NCBI GenBank assembly: GCA_042096015.1
Contig: JBELMF010000001.1
Coordinates: 1 to 43,433 of the forward strand
DNA length: 43,433 nt
Reading direction: 5' to 3'
Source: Sphingomonas sp.
GTDB taxonomy: Bacteria; Pseudomonadota; Alphaproteobacteria; Sphingomonadales; Sphingomonadaceae
Each line of letters starts with the position of its first letter. Position 1 is the stretch's first letter. Under the pieces are notes generated by a model. The model saw nothing but the letters and a program-made list of their open reading frames with translations, did no database searches and was not told where the DNA came from. The translations under genes were made by a program, and so were the position numbers. Below, piece after piece: positions 1 through 9,938 of this stretch.

Positions 1-1526
1 CGAACACGCCCGATGATGTCGGCCGCCCGCCGCGCCGCGGACAGCGTATGCCGGGAGATGCGATCCAGAGCATCCATGTTCGGCGACTCCCGCGCGAGCG
101 AGCGGATCAGCGTGTCGGCGTTGGTGACCACTGCGGAGAGGGGCTGGCTGACCTCGTGCGCGACAGATGCCGCAAGCTCCCCGAGCATGGCAATGCGCGA
201 GGCATGGGCGAATTCCGCCTGCAGCCGCTCCATGCGCTGCTGCGACCGGACCCGCTCGCCGATGTCGACGATCGCACATAGGACCGGCCGGTCGGAACGG
301 CGCTCCGGCTCCGCCCAGATGGTGAAGCTGACGTCGATCTCCTGCCCGTCCATGCGCCGCAGGCGGGTCTCGACAGGCTTCATCGTCTGCTTGCGATAGC
401 GGCCGGCGATCGCCTCTGCGACGATCGGGTAGGCATCCGGCGGCCACAGCCAGCGCAGGCTGGACGGCAGCCTCTCCTCACGCCCGACGCCGAAGGCCTC
501 CAGTGCGCGCTCGTTCATCGCCACGATCCGGACGGCGTCCAGCATCCCCAGCATGCGCCGCTCATCCGCGAGCAGATGAGCGGCCAGGTCCTTCACGCCC
601 TCGGCCCTGTAGCGGGCGAGCAGCACGTCCGCGGCCGCGAAGTCATACTCGAGCAGACCGATCGACATCGCGTCGAACATGTTCCGGAACTTCGCTTCGC
701 TCGCGGCCAGTTCGGCGAAGGCACGGTTCCTGTCGCCGAGATCGATGACGCCGACGATCATCACCCCGCGCTTGGCGCTTTCCGGCGACCATGCGACCGT
801 GAAGAGGACGTCCAGCAGCCGACCGTCGAGCGCCTGGAGCCTCGTCTCGCAGACGAACTGCGGCTTCTTCTCGATCACCGCCATCAGCGCGTCGACGTAG
901 TCGGGGATGCTCTCGTCCGGCCAGTATCGCGAGCTGCGGGGCCCGCGCAGATCGGCCGCCTCGTCGGCGGCGAACAGCGTCACCGCGGCCCTGTTCACGT
1001 CCACGACGTTCTCGAGGTTCATCAGGCGGCGCACTAGCGAAGGGTCCGCGAGCAGATGGCCGCGGAGATCCGTCACGCCCTCGTCACGCAGCCGGAGGAG
1101 CTCGCCACCGACGCGCCGGAAGTCCGTCTGGAAGAAGCCGACCGCGAGCGACTGGAACAGGTTCTCGTACCTGAAGGCGTTCTCCCGCGTGGAGGTCCGG
1201 AGGTCGCGAAGTTCCTGCGCTTGCCTGCCGACCTCGATGATCTCGGTCACCTCTCCTCCGTCATCGCGCCGGATGGTCCAGTGCAGCTGGATCAGCGCCG
1301 GGCCAGCAGCGGTCGTCCGGATCGCCTCACCCCGCCAGCCGTCTCCCATCCCGACCCGCTCGGCCCATTCGGAGCCCTCCTCCATGAGGAGCGACCTCAC
1401 GTACTCGCCGACGGCAGCGTCCCGTGCATGGCCGTACAGGGTCTCGGAAGCGACGTTCCAGCCGAGTATGCGACCCGTCCCATCAAATCGGAGGACGCTG
1501 TCGTTCAGCAGGTCATAGGGATCCAC
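1..1526 (-). CDS. Multi-PAS sensor histidine kinase (NodV/FixL-like), 3' end runs off the window
   Basis: Manual translation from GTG at 1526 (GGAGAA upstream): DPYDLLNDSVLRFDGTGRILGWN.. (PAS), two further PAS-like repeats, then H-box 'RIAMLGELAASVAHEVSQPLSAV'. Open to position 1, so absent from the ORF track. Confidence 0.88.
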   Translation of the reverse strand, partial: MDPYDLLNDSVLRFDGTGRILGWNVASETLYGHARDAAVGEYVRSLLMEEGSEWAERVGMGDGWRGEAIRTTAAGPALIQLHWTIRRDDGGEVTEIIEVGRQAQELRDLRTSTRENAFRYENLFQSLAVGFFQTDFRRVGGELLRLRDEGVTDLRGHLLADPSLVRRLMNLENVVDVNRAAVTLFAADEAADLRGPRSSRYWPDESIPDYVDALMAVIEKKPQFVCETRLQALDGRLLDVLFTVAWSPESAKRGVMIVGVIDLGDRNRAFAELAASEAKFRNMFDAMSIGLLEYDFAAADVLLARYRAEGVKDLAAHLLADERRMLGMLDAVRIVAMNERALEAFGVGREERLPSSLRWLWPPDAYPIVAEAIAGRYRKQTMKPVETRLRRMDGQEIDVSFTIWAEPERRSDRPVLCAIVDIGERVRSQQRMERLQAEFAHASRIAMLGELAASVAHEVSQPLSAVVTNADTLIRSLARESPNMDALDRISRHTLSAARRAADIIGRV

Positions 1527-1623
1527 GCGCTTCTCCGGTGCCGGCCGCAGCACTCCTGCGCCCGATCGCACCCACGGGGATCGCACGTTCCGTCCGTCCC
1601 TGCGAACGGTCCGACCACGTGGA

Positions 1624-1827
1624 CTAGCCCCGGAGATCGATCCGCACTCCGGCTGCGCGCGGTCTGGCCGAGATCATGTCCGGCAAATACTCCTTGCCAG
1701 CGTATTTCCGGTGATAGGCATCGTCGATCGCGCCGGCAAGACGGTCGTCGGCCGGCGAGAACAGGACGTCCTGGACCAGCCCCGCCGCGACGATGCGCCC
1801 TTCGCTTCTCGCCATGGCGGCGCGATA
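1624..1827 (-). pseudogene. C-terminal half of a DUF2255-like protein (5' part deleted)
   Basis: YRAAMARSEGRIVAAG..IDDAYHRKYAGKEYLPDMISARPRAA resembles, from memory, the DUF2255 C-terminus. It is preceded in frame by TGA and abuts the truncated enolase-family gene. Confidence 0.65.
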
Positions 1828-2627
1828 TCACGCGGTCCGTAGAGGTTCTCGCCCATCTGGAGCGGCGTGCGCACCTTCGCGGCGAGATCCGCATAGCCCC
1901 GCACGTTGTCGTAGGCGATCGGCTCCTCAAGCCAGTAGAGCCCCTCCCCGTCCAGGTCGCGGCAGCGCCTGATCGCGTCCCCGATACCGAGCGCCTGGTT
2001 GAAGTCCACCATGAGGTCGATTTCGACGCCAAGAGCGTCGCGCACAGCCCGGATCGCGGCGAGATCGTCGGCGAGCCGTTCGTTGCCAAGCCGCAGCTTC
2101 ATGGCCGTGAACGCACCATCGGCGGCGAGTTCGACCGCCTCGGCGCCGAGCGTCTCCACGCCATGCCGCCACAGGCCGTTGCTGTTGTAGGCGCGAACCG
2201 GGCCCACCGTTCCACCCAGCAGCGCTGCGAGCGGCCTGCCGGCCTCCTTCGCCAAGGCGTCCCAGACGGCCATGTCGAGCGCCGAGATGGCGATCCGCGA
2301 GATCCCACCCGTGCCGACGACGTTCAGCGCGCCGGCCTCGGAACGGAGGAGATCGATCGGAGCGGCGGGTGCGTCCACCATCCCCTCGGCGATGTCCCTT
2401 ATCTCCGCCACGACCGCGGCCACCGCTCCTGCGCGGTAGGGTGCGACGTAGGCGTGCCCGATAGTCCCTCCGCGCAGCGTCACGTCCACCAGGACCAGCG
2501 GCCAGTCGACGAAGCGGCCGATCGCCGCGATCACAGGCCGACGCAGCGGCACCCGAACGGCGCGGACCCGGACGGAGCCGATCGCCGGCGTTGTGGTGAC
2601 GAACCCGGTGTTCGCGATCGCGTCCAT
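1828..2627 (-). pseudogene. Mandelate racemase/muconate lactonizing enzyme family, 3'-truncated
   Basis: ORF 1674..2783, likely start ATG 2627. Motifs SALDMAVWDA, KLR, MVDFNQ, WLEEP, QMGEN. Homology-like sequence stops at 'GPRD' and the frame runs into unrelated sequence. Confidence 0.8.
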
Positions 2628-2702
2628 GCGTTGCCCTTGGGGGTTAGGTAAGCCGCCGCTGCGGCCGGCATCGGACTGCGCCCGGACGCGGCCGCATGCA
2701 CT

Positions 2703-2718
2703 CCCGACACTGGTATGG
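2703..2718. promoter_or_regulatory. Palindromic operator candidate CCCGAC-ACTG-GTATGG
   Basis: Degenerate copy of the recurring CCATAC-N4-GTATGG motif in the divergent racemase/dps intergenic region. Confidence 0.45.
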
Positions 2719-2914
2719 GATCGACGTCCGCGCGTCGTGGTGCCGCCGAACCGAGCCGGCACGGTGCGCGGCCAGACGACCAACGTCTGCCGGCACTCAA
2801 CCTCGGTGTGATGCCCGTGGTGGCCGTTCGACCCTATGAACGTCCCGACAGGCGCTCCGGTGCGGCGGATGCCAGTCCGACCAGGCGTCGAGCGCGCAAG
2901 GGAGCGAGGCCACG

Positions 2915-3442
2915 ATGAGACTTCTGAACCCCGACGACACGCGGTCCGACCGGTTCCTCGCGACCCCGAGCGATCTCGGAGCCGAGGCGGTACGCGACAT
3001 CTCGGCCGCGCTCGGCGCGCTGCTCGCGGACGCCTTCGCGCTCTACGTCAAGACCAAGAACTTCCACTGGCATATGAGCGGGCCGCACTTCCGCGACCAC
3101 CACCTGCTGCTGGACGAACAGGCCGGCGAGATCTTCGCGATGACCGATCCCATCGCCGAGCGGGCGCGCAAGATCGGCGGGCGGACGATCACGTCAATCT
3201 CCGACATCGCAGGACGCAAGCGGCTGCTGGACAACGACGCGCCCTACGTCGATCCGCAGGACATGCTGGCCGAACTGGACGGCGACAACCGGCAGATCGT
3301 CACCGAGATGCGGCGTACGCACGAGCTGTGCGGGGAGCACGCCGACGTAGCGACCGCCAGCCTGCTCGAGAACTGGATCGACGAGGGAGAACGGCGGGCC
3401 TGGTTCCTCTGGGAGACCGTGCGCAGCCACCGACGCGCCTAG
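2915..3442 (+). CDS. dps: Dps family DNA-protection/ferritin-like protein
   Basis: Motifs KTKNFHWHMSGPHFRDHHLLLDEQ, DPIAERARKIGG and ENWIDEGERRAWFL. Confidence 0.93.
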   Translation: MRLLNPDDTRSDRFLATPSDLGAEAVRDISAALGALLADAFALYVKTKNFHWHMSGPHFRDHHLLLDEQAGEIFAMTDPIAERARKIGGRTITSISDIAGRKRLLDNDAPYVDPQDMLAELDGDNRQIVTEMRRTHELCGEHADVATASLLENWIDEGERRAWFLWETVRSHRRA

Positions 3443-3494
3443 CTCGAAGCCCTCCCTGTCAGAAACGCAGCCACCACTAGGACCAGGAGCCCCC

Positions 3495-5204
3495 ATGACC
3501 CGAACCGTAGCAGATGTCATGATCGAGACCCTCGAGCAGGCGGGGGTCAGCCGCTGCTACGGCGTCCCCGGCGACACGCTCAACCACGTGACGGAGTCGA
3601 TCCGGCGCAGCGGCATCCGCTGGGTGCACGTCCGGCACGAGGAGGCGGGCGGCTTCGCCGCCGGTGCCGACGCCATGCTGACCGGGGAACTCGCGGCCTG
3701 TGCGGGATCGTGCGGCCCCGGCAGCCTGCACTTCATCAACGGCCTCTACGAGAGTCATCGCAATCGCGCGCCGGTCGTGCTCATCGCCAGCCAGATCGTG
3801 CGCGACGAGCTAGGCTTCGACTTCCCGCAGGAGGTCGACTTCAAGCAGGTCTACGCAGGATGCAGCGTCTTCTGCGAGGAGATCCGCACGCCCGAGCAGG
3901 CGCGCCGCAAGACGGCGATGGCCGCACAGGCTGCCCTCGCGAAGCGGGGCGTCGCCGTGCTGATCGTCCCCGCCGACGTCTCGTCCGCCAAGGCGGCGGA
4001 CGAGCCCGCGTTCGCCGTCCACCGCGCCTCGCCACGCGTGCTGCCGTCGATGGAGGAGCTCGCAAGCGCTGCCGCGCTGATCAACGCCGGCGAGCGCGTC
4101 GCAATATACGGCGGCTCCGGGTGCGAGGACGCGCACGATCAGGTCGTCGCGCTCGCCCGCGCCCTGCAGGCTCCCGTCGCCCACACCTCGCGCGCGAAGG
4201 ACTTCCTGGAGCACGACAACCCCCACGTGGTCGGAATGACCGGCGTGTTCGGCTCCGAGGCCGGCTTCCATGCCTTGATGGAGTGCGACACCCTGGTCCC
4301 GCTAGGCTGCGACTTCTGGCGGCAGTTCTATCCTTCCGGGGCGAAGATGATCCAGATCGACATCGACGGTACCCACCTCGGACGCCGCCACCCGGTCGAC
4401 CTCGGGATGGTCGGGACGGTGCGCGACACGCTCGATGCACTCATCCCCATGATCGAACTGCGTGACGCGACCGACTTCCTCGACGAGTGCCTTGCGCACC
4501 ACGAGCGCTCCGTCGTAGCCCAAGGCAGGCACGCACGCCGCGAGGACGGCCAGGCGATCCATCCGCAATACCTCACGCAGGTCATCGCCGCCCACGCGGC
4601 GCCCGACGCCGTCTACACGGGGGACGGCGGATCCCCGATGGTCTGGCTCCTGCGTCACGTTCCCTCTACCGGGCGGAACCGGACCGTCATCTCGCTGACC
4701 CATGGCACGATGGCGAACGCCATGCCCCAGGCCTTGGGCGCCAAAGCCGCCTATCCGGAGCGGCAGGTGATTTCGCTGTCGGGCGACGGCGGCATCGCCA
4801 TGCTGATCGGGGATCTCCTCACCGCGGTGCAGGAGAAGCTCGCCATCAAGGTCTGCATCTTCAACAACAGCTCGCTGGGCTTCGTGGAGCTCGAGCAGAA
4901 GGTCGAGGGACTCCTGGACAGCTACACCGATCTGCAGAACCCGGACTTCGCCGACGTGGCCCGCGCGATGGGCCTCTGGTCACGCCGAGTGGAGGAGAGC
5001 GGCGAGCTGGACGACGCCGTGCGTCAGTGGCTGGCCGAGCCGGGGCCCGCGCTGCTCGACGTCGTGACCGACCGCTACGAGCTCGCCATGCCGCCCAAGG
5101 TCGAGGCCAGACAGATCTTCGGGACGGCGCTGTATTCGGCCAAGGCAGTGCTGTCGGGCCGCGGCGCGGAGGTCGCCGGCCTCGTCAGGAACGCGATAAC
5201 CTGA
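3495..5204 (+). CDS. poxB: ThDP-dependent pyruvate dehydrogenase (quinone)/pyruvate oxidase
   Basis: GVPGDTLN, VRHEEAGGFAAGA, GSCGPGSLH, HGTMANAMPQALG and the ThDP motif GDGG..NN. RBS AGGAG. Confidence 0.88.
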   Translation: MTRTVADVMIETLEQAGVSRCYGVPGDTLNHVTESIRRSGIRWVHVRHEEAGGFAAGADAMLTGELAACAGSCGPGSLHFINGLYESHRNRAPVVLIASQIVRDELGFDFPQEVDFKQVYAGCSVFCEEIRTPEQARRKTAMAAQAALAKRGVAVLIVPADVSSAKAADEPAFAVHRASPRVLPSMEELASAAALINAGERVAIYGGSGCEDAHDQVVALARALQAPVAHTSRAKDFLEHDNPHVVGMTGVFGSEAGFHALMECDTLVPLGCDFWRQFYPSGAKMIQIDIDGTHLGRRHPVDLGMVGTVRDTLDALIPMIELRDATDFLDECLAHHERSVVAQGRHARREDGQAIHPQYLTQVIAAHAAPDAVYTGDGGSPMVWLLRHVPSTGRNRTVISLTHGTMANAMPQALGAKAAYPERQVISLSGDGGIAMLIGDLLTAVQEKLAIKVCIFNNSSLGFVELEQKVEGLLDSYTDLQNPDFADVARAMGLWSRRVEESGELDDAVRQWLAEPGPALLDVVTDRYELAMPPKVEARQIFGTALYSAKAVLSGRGAEVAGLVRNAIT

Positions 5205-5357
5205 TCGACGGACCTCCGACTACCCGACGCCGTCACAGGCGCCGGGTAGCCGATGCGTGACGGCGCGCGCGAGGCCACCGTGGTTCGATAGCCCCGCCCT
5301 CGATGGATCTGAGCCCCATTGACCCAGCCTCCCCCAGGGCGGAACGTCGACGGACCC

Positions 5358-6962
5358 TCACGCTCGTCTTCGAGCGAGAGGTAGACGGAAAGAGACGCAC
5401 GCACCGGAGAGGGTCGCGCTTCGTTCCAACTCCAGCGCCCCTCGATGCAGTTCGATTATGGACTGGCTGACGGCGAGGCCGAAGCCCCTCTGACCGGAAC
5501 GGCCGACACCCGGCCCACCCACGTCCTGGGCCATGACCTCAGCCATCCCCGGTCCGCTGTCGCTCACGGCGCAGCGGGCGAATCCATCCTGGACGTCGAC
5601 GACCACCTCGACGCGGCGCGAGTCACCACCCGACCGCTCCAACGCCTCGATGGCGTTCGTCACCAGGTTCACCACGACCTGCCCGATCTGGTTCCTGTCC
5701 ATGGCGACGAGGTCCTCGCCCGAACCCGATCTGAAGAAGATGGAAACGTCCGCCGCCCTCGCCTCGGCTTCCACGAGCGGCATTGCGGCCCCGACCACGG
5801 CGCCCAGGGACTCCGGACAGAGATCGGGAGCGTGGCTCCACGCCATCTCGCGTAGACGGTCTATGATGCCACTGGAGCGAACGGCGTAGGCGACCACGCG
5901 ATCGAGTGCCACGCGCGCCTCGTCGATCACAGGCTCGGACCGGTCCAGCCACCGGCGACCGGACATACCCGCCGCGACGATCGCGGCGAGAGGCTGGCTG
6001 ATCTCGTGTGCGAACCAGCCGGAAACCTCGCCGAGCAGCGAGAGCCTGTAGGACTGCGCGAACTGCGCCTGCAGCCTGATCAGATCCGCCTGCTCCGATA
6101 GCCGATCCCCGATGTCGACCATGCCGATGATGGAGGCGCGCCGTCCGTCCTCACGGACGCTCGCGCTCGCGAGGATCACCTCGCTGGTGCCGCCATCCAG
6201 ACGGCTGAGGCGGACCTGGCACTCCTGGTTCAGCCCCAGCACGCCCGCGGCGAGCGTCTCGGCGAAGCGCTCGGGGGTCTCGCGCCACGCGAAACCGACG
6301 GCCCGACCGACGAGATCGTCGGCGCTCCGGGCGCCCAGGATCCGGACGGCTTCGGAGTTCACCTCCTCGATCACGCAAAGTTCGGCCGCGCGCTCCACCA
6401 CGTCTGGGCGGCTGCGGAGCAGCGCCTGCACGTCCGCCCCCGGGCCTATGCCGAGGGACTCGTAGAAGGACGTGAGCCGGTCACCGTTCACGCGGCAGAG
6501 CCCGAGCGGCAGGTTGCGGAACAGCGAGTGCTGGGACGCCACCGCGTAGGACAGCCCCTCGACCACCGGCTCCAAGCCCCGCGCGTCAACGAACTGCGTA
6601 ATCAAAAGAACCCGCTCCCCACCGGGCCGCGCGAGACGCGCCGACAATATGCCCGGTACCGTCGTGCCGTCGAGCGTCTTGAGCTGGACTGACCGCCTGA
6701 TGCCGGCGCCGTCCGGTTCACCACTGAGAACGAGATCCGCGAGGTCGACCAAACACGCATGCGGCCAGATGGACGCAGGGGTCAGCACGTCGAGCCGATC
6801 CGAACGGACCTGGAGCAGTTCAACTGCGGCCCCGTTCAGCGATACGATGGACGCAGCGCCCAACTGCACCGCTGCCGACGCGGAACCACCAGCCGGCTGC
6901 TTCCCCCGCGCCGACGCCGACACCAGGTCCGTGACGTCGATCATGATGGCGGCGGCGGGCAT
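5358..6962 (-). CDS. Cytoplasmic PAS sensor histidine kinase
   Basis: ORF 5358..7094, probable start ATG 6962. H-box 'LLGEVSGWFAHEISQPLAA', N-box NLVTNAIEA, G1 DSGPGM, G2 GFGLAVSQSII. Confidence 0.88.
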   Translation of the reverse strand: MPAAAIMIDVTDLVSASARGKQPAGGSASAAVQLGAASIVSLNGAAVELLQVRSDRLDVLTPASIWPHACLVDLADLVLSGEPDGAGIRRSVQLKTLDGTTVPGILSARLARPGGERVLLITQFVDARGLEPVVEGLSYAVASQHSLFRNLPLGLCRVNGDRLTSFYESLGIGPGADVQALLRSRPDVVERAAELCVIEEVNSEAVRILGARSADDLVGRAVGFAWRETPERFAETLAAGVLGLNQECQVRLSRLDGGTSEVILASASVREDGRRASIIGMVDIGDRLSEQADLIRLQAQFAQSYRLSLLGEVSGWFAHEISQPLAAIVAAGMSGRRWLDRSEPVIDEARVALDRVVAYAVRSSGIIDRLREMAWSHAPDLCPESLGAVVGAAMPLVEAEARAADVSIFFRSGSGEDLVAMDRNQIGQVVVNLVTNAIEALERSGGDSRRVEVVVDVQDGFARCAVSDSGPGMAEVMAQDVGGPGVGRSGQRGFGLAVSQSIIELHRGALELERSATLSGACVSFRLPLARRRA

Positions 6963-7219
6963 CCCGTCTTCCACGAGGCGGGGTCCGGTCGGGCCGTTGT
7001 GAGAGGACGTCGGGTCATCCCTCCCCGAGCGGAAGGCGGGCCCGGGTTCCGCAGTCGACGCGGCACCCTCCGACGGTCGCCCCCTCGTCAGCATTGGACA
7101 ATCCGCACAGAAGTTCAGACCTCTCGTTCGGCGAGACCCTCGGCCTGCCCCCGCCGGACGGCTCCACGAATGGCCAGCGCCTATCCAACGAAGTTAGCGG
7201 CTGATCGGTGATCGCCATC

Positions 7220-7235
7220 CCATACACCGGTATGG
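7220..7235. promoter_or_regulatory. Palindromic operator candidate CCATAC-ACCG-GTATGG
   Basis: Perfect 6-4-6 palindrome upstream of kinase 5358..6962. Confidence 0.65.
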
Positions 7236-7328
7236 CCGCGGTCGGCGCTGTGTCTCCCGGAACGCCGGAGCGAAACGGCTTCGGATTGGGACCGACGGTT
7301 CTGCGGTGAAGGGCCTCCAATGGCCTCC

Positions 7329-8036
7329 TCAGGATCGCGACTGACGGGCGCAGGCGCCAGAGGACCGCGGCTCAACCACGATCTGCGCGGGCCCTCCCGT
7401 CATCCCCGCCAGATCCTCTCCCCACATCAGGAACCGGGTACCCGGACTTCCAGTCTCCCACCGATGCCGCGCCCTGAGCTGGTGAGAGGTGACCTGGATG
7501 ATGTGCGAGCCAAGTCCCCGGGTGCCACCACCGTGGTGGTCCATGCCGACGCCATCGTCCTCCACCGTCAGGCTCCAGGCACCGGCTGGGTCGACCGAGA
7601 ACACCACCCTCACCTCCCCTGGCACATCGACACCGTAGGCGTGCTTGCAGGCGTTCCCGACGAGTTCGGTCACCAGGATGGCCACCGCGGCCGCATGCTC
7701 ATTCGCCAGGTCAAAGTGGTCAGCCCGCACACTGATCCTGCGCGCTTCGCCGCCGTCGGAGACGATGATGCGAAGCGAGTCCGCCAGTTCGTCGAGGAAC
7801 ACCCCGAGATCGACGGTGAGCGCGCTCGGCTCGCGGTAGAGGTGCCTGTGGACGTCGGCGACGGCACGGATCCGGCGCTGCGTCGCCGCGAGCACAGCGA
7901 CGGCCTCCGGATCCCGCACCGAGCGGCTGTCCAACTCGACGATGGCGGAGAGCAGGGCCAGGTTGTTCGCGATCCGGTGGTTCATCTCCGGCGCGGATCG
8001 GGCATCCTCGACGGATTGCAGCGGGCGTGGCGTCAT
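7329..8036 (-). CDS. HisKA_2-type histidine kinase without a sensor domain
   Basis: EMNHRIANNLALL H-box about 15 aa after the start (ATG 8036, GGAGAA upstream), then ELVGNACKHAY, DDGVG, GLGSHII. Confidence 0.85.
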   Translation of the reverse strand: MTPRPLQSVEDARSAPEMNHRIANNLALLSAIVELDSRSVRDPEAVAVLAATQRRIRAVADVHRHLYREPSALTVDLGVFLDELADSLRIIVSDGGEARRISVRADHFDLANEHAAAVAILVTELVGNACKHAYGVDVPGEVRVVFSVDPAGAWSLTVEDDGVGMDHHGGGTRGLGSHIIQVTSHQLRARHRWETGSPGTRFLMWGEDLAGMTGGPAQIVVEPRSSGACARQSRS

Positions 8037-8216
8037 CGTGCGTTCTCCGGTCACCCCGTCCGACGATCGATGGCCGCGTGCATTCGGCAACCACACCGGT
8101 TCGCACCGAGTAGCCACCGATGTCCGCGAACGAGACTGCCGAAGGGGCCTTGTTCACCTCGGGAACCCTAAGTGGCCCGCACGCCCGTTGGCACCGAGAC
8201 TCCCGGCTCGGGCGGA

Positions 8217-8232
8217 TCATACAATGGTATGT
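8217..8232. promoter_or_regulatory. Palindromic operator candidate TCATAC-AATG-GTATGT
   Basis: Motif copy upstream of the HisKA_2 kinase. Confidence 0.6.
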
Positions 8233-8272
8233 GCACGGTCCGGATCCGATTCGGACGCTCCACCACGCGCCA

Positions 8273-9895
8273 TCAGGCGACGCCCGGGTTGAGGTACTCC
8301 CACACCTGCGAGATCACCACGGAGCCCTCCCCGACCGACGAGGCCACCCTCTTCACGGACCGCGCGCGCACGTCGCCGACCGCGAAGATTCCGGGGCAGG
8401 ACGTGCCGAACGACTGCCGGGCCATCGCTGCCTCGCCGGTGACCACGAAGCCCTTGTCGTCAAGCGAGATCAGGTCTGACAACCATCCGGTGTTCGGCGC
8501 GGCGCCCACCATGATGAAGAGCGAGCAAGCGTCCACGCGCCGTTCCGTCCCGGTCGTGACATCCCGAACCGACACCTCTTCGAGCCGTTCTCCCCCGTGG
8601 AGCGCCGAGACCTCTGCCCCGTACTCGATCGTGATCGCGGGATCGGCCTCAAGCCTGCCGGACAGATAGCTCGACATGGACGCGGCGAGCGAACGGCCTC
8701 GCACGAGGACGCGCACACGGCGCGCAGAGCGGCTGAGAAACATGGCGGCCTGACCGGCCGAGTTCCCGCCGCCGATCACGACGACCTCGCCGCCGTGGCA
8801 GGACCGGGCCTCGTTCTCCGTCGCGGCATAGTAGACGCCAGCCCCCTCCAGTGCAGCGAGCCCTTCGATGGGCAGTCTGCGGTACTGCACGCCGGTTGCG
8901 ACGACTACCGCGCGGGCCCGGACCCGCTGACCGCTGTCGAACGTGGCGCAGAAGTCCCCGCCCTCGAGCCGCTCGAGAAGCTCGACGCGCCTCGGCACCG
9001 CGAAGCGGGTGCCGAACTTCATTGCCTGGACCTCGCCGCGCCAGACCAGGTCAGCGCCGGAGATCCCGGTCGGGAAGCCCATGTAGTTCTCGATCCGGCT
9101 GGAAGTGCCGGCCTGCCCGCCGACGGCGGTGTCCTCAACCACAAGCGCCCGCAATCCCTCGGCCCCCGCGTAGACCGCAGCCGCCACGCCGGCAGGTCCC
9201 CCGCCGATGATCACGACATCGAACGTCTCGTCGTCTGCCAGCTCGCGTCCGAGCCCCAGCAGGCCGGCTATCAGGCTCGGCGTCGCGTCCGCCACGACGG
9301 TCCGCCCGAAGATGACCATGGGGCCGCCCTCCGCACCGGAGCAGACCCGCGCTGCCGCGAGCGCCGCGTCGCTGCCCGCCTCCAGCGAAGCGTAGGGAAT
9401 ACGGTTGCGGCTTGCGAACTCGGCGATCCGTCGCACGGAGCGATCCATCTCCTCGCCGATGAGGATCAGCGAGCCATCGTGCGACTCGAGCTGACGGCGG
9501 CGGCGCGCGGCCAGCACCGTGATCACGATGTCCGACATCTCCGGGATCCGGGCCATCAGCTCCAGCATCGCCCGGCGCTCGACCTCGATGACCCGGGTGG
9601 AACGGGCGGTCCGGAGCGACATCGACCAGTTGCCCCCGTCCAGTAGGGCGATCTCCCCCATGAACTGGGTGGGGCCGAGCGTCGATGGCAGGTGCCGCTC
9701 GTCCGTCAGCGGATTGACCACTTCGATCTCGCCGTCCTCGACGTAGATGAAGCGATCCGCGGGCTCGCCGGTCCGGGCAAGGAACGTCCCCGCGGGGTGC
9801 TCCCGGATGACGCCGACGCGCCTCAGCGCGTCCACGTGGGCCGGTGCCAGCGGTATCCGCTGCATCTCACGCAGGTCGCGGCCGATCGTTTCCAT
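8273..9895 (-). CDS. Cyclic-nucleotide-binding domain fused to thioredoxin-reductase-like FAD oxidoreductase
   Basis: N-terminal CAP/cNMP-like segment (QFMGEIALL), then GGGPAG, SSRIENYMGFPTGISG, GGGNSAGQAA, FAVGDVR. Confidence 0.9.
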   Translation of the reverse strand: METIGRDLREMQRIPLAPAHVDALRRVGVIREHPAGTFLARTGEPADRFIYVEDGEIEVVNPLTDERHLPSTLGPTQFMGEIALLDGGNWSMSLRTARSTRVIEVERRAMLELMARIPEMSDIVITVLAARRRRQLESHDGSLILIGEEMDRSVRRIAEFASRNRIPYASLEAGSDAALAAARVCSGAEGGPMVIFGRTVVADATPSLIAGLLGLGRELADDETFDVVIIGGGPAGVAAAVYAGAEGLRALVVEDTAVGGQAGTSSRIENYMGFPTGISGADLVWRGEVQAMKFGTRFAVPRRVELLERLEGGDFCATFDSGQRVRARAVVVATGVQYRRLPIEGLAALEGAGVYYAATENEARSCHGGEVVVIGGGNSAGQAAMFLSRSARRVRVLVRGRSLAASMSSYLSGRLEADPAITIEYGAEVSALHGGERLEEVSVRDVTTGTERRVDACSLFIMVGAAPNTGWLSDLISLDDKGFVVTGEAAMARQSFGTSCPGIFAVGDVRARSVKRVASSVGEGSVVISQVWEYLNPGVA

Positions 9896-9938
9896 GGTTG
9901 CGGTTCCCTGTTCGGTTCAGGCGGGGCTGCCCCCGCCG

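Noticed and set aside
13-1518. Plus-strand ORFs 13..399, 576..1037 and 907..1518
   Set aside because: Antisense shadows of the minus-strand kinase, with no recognisable motifs.
8129-8189. Possible EcfG (GGAAC-N16/17-CGTT) general-stress promoters near the HisKA_2 kinase
   Set aside because: The candidates have a 19-bp spacer, and the GGAAC copy points away from the gene. No proper match was seen upstream of dps either.
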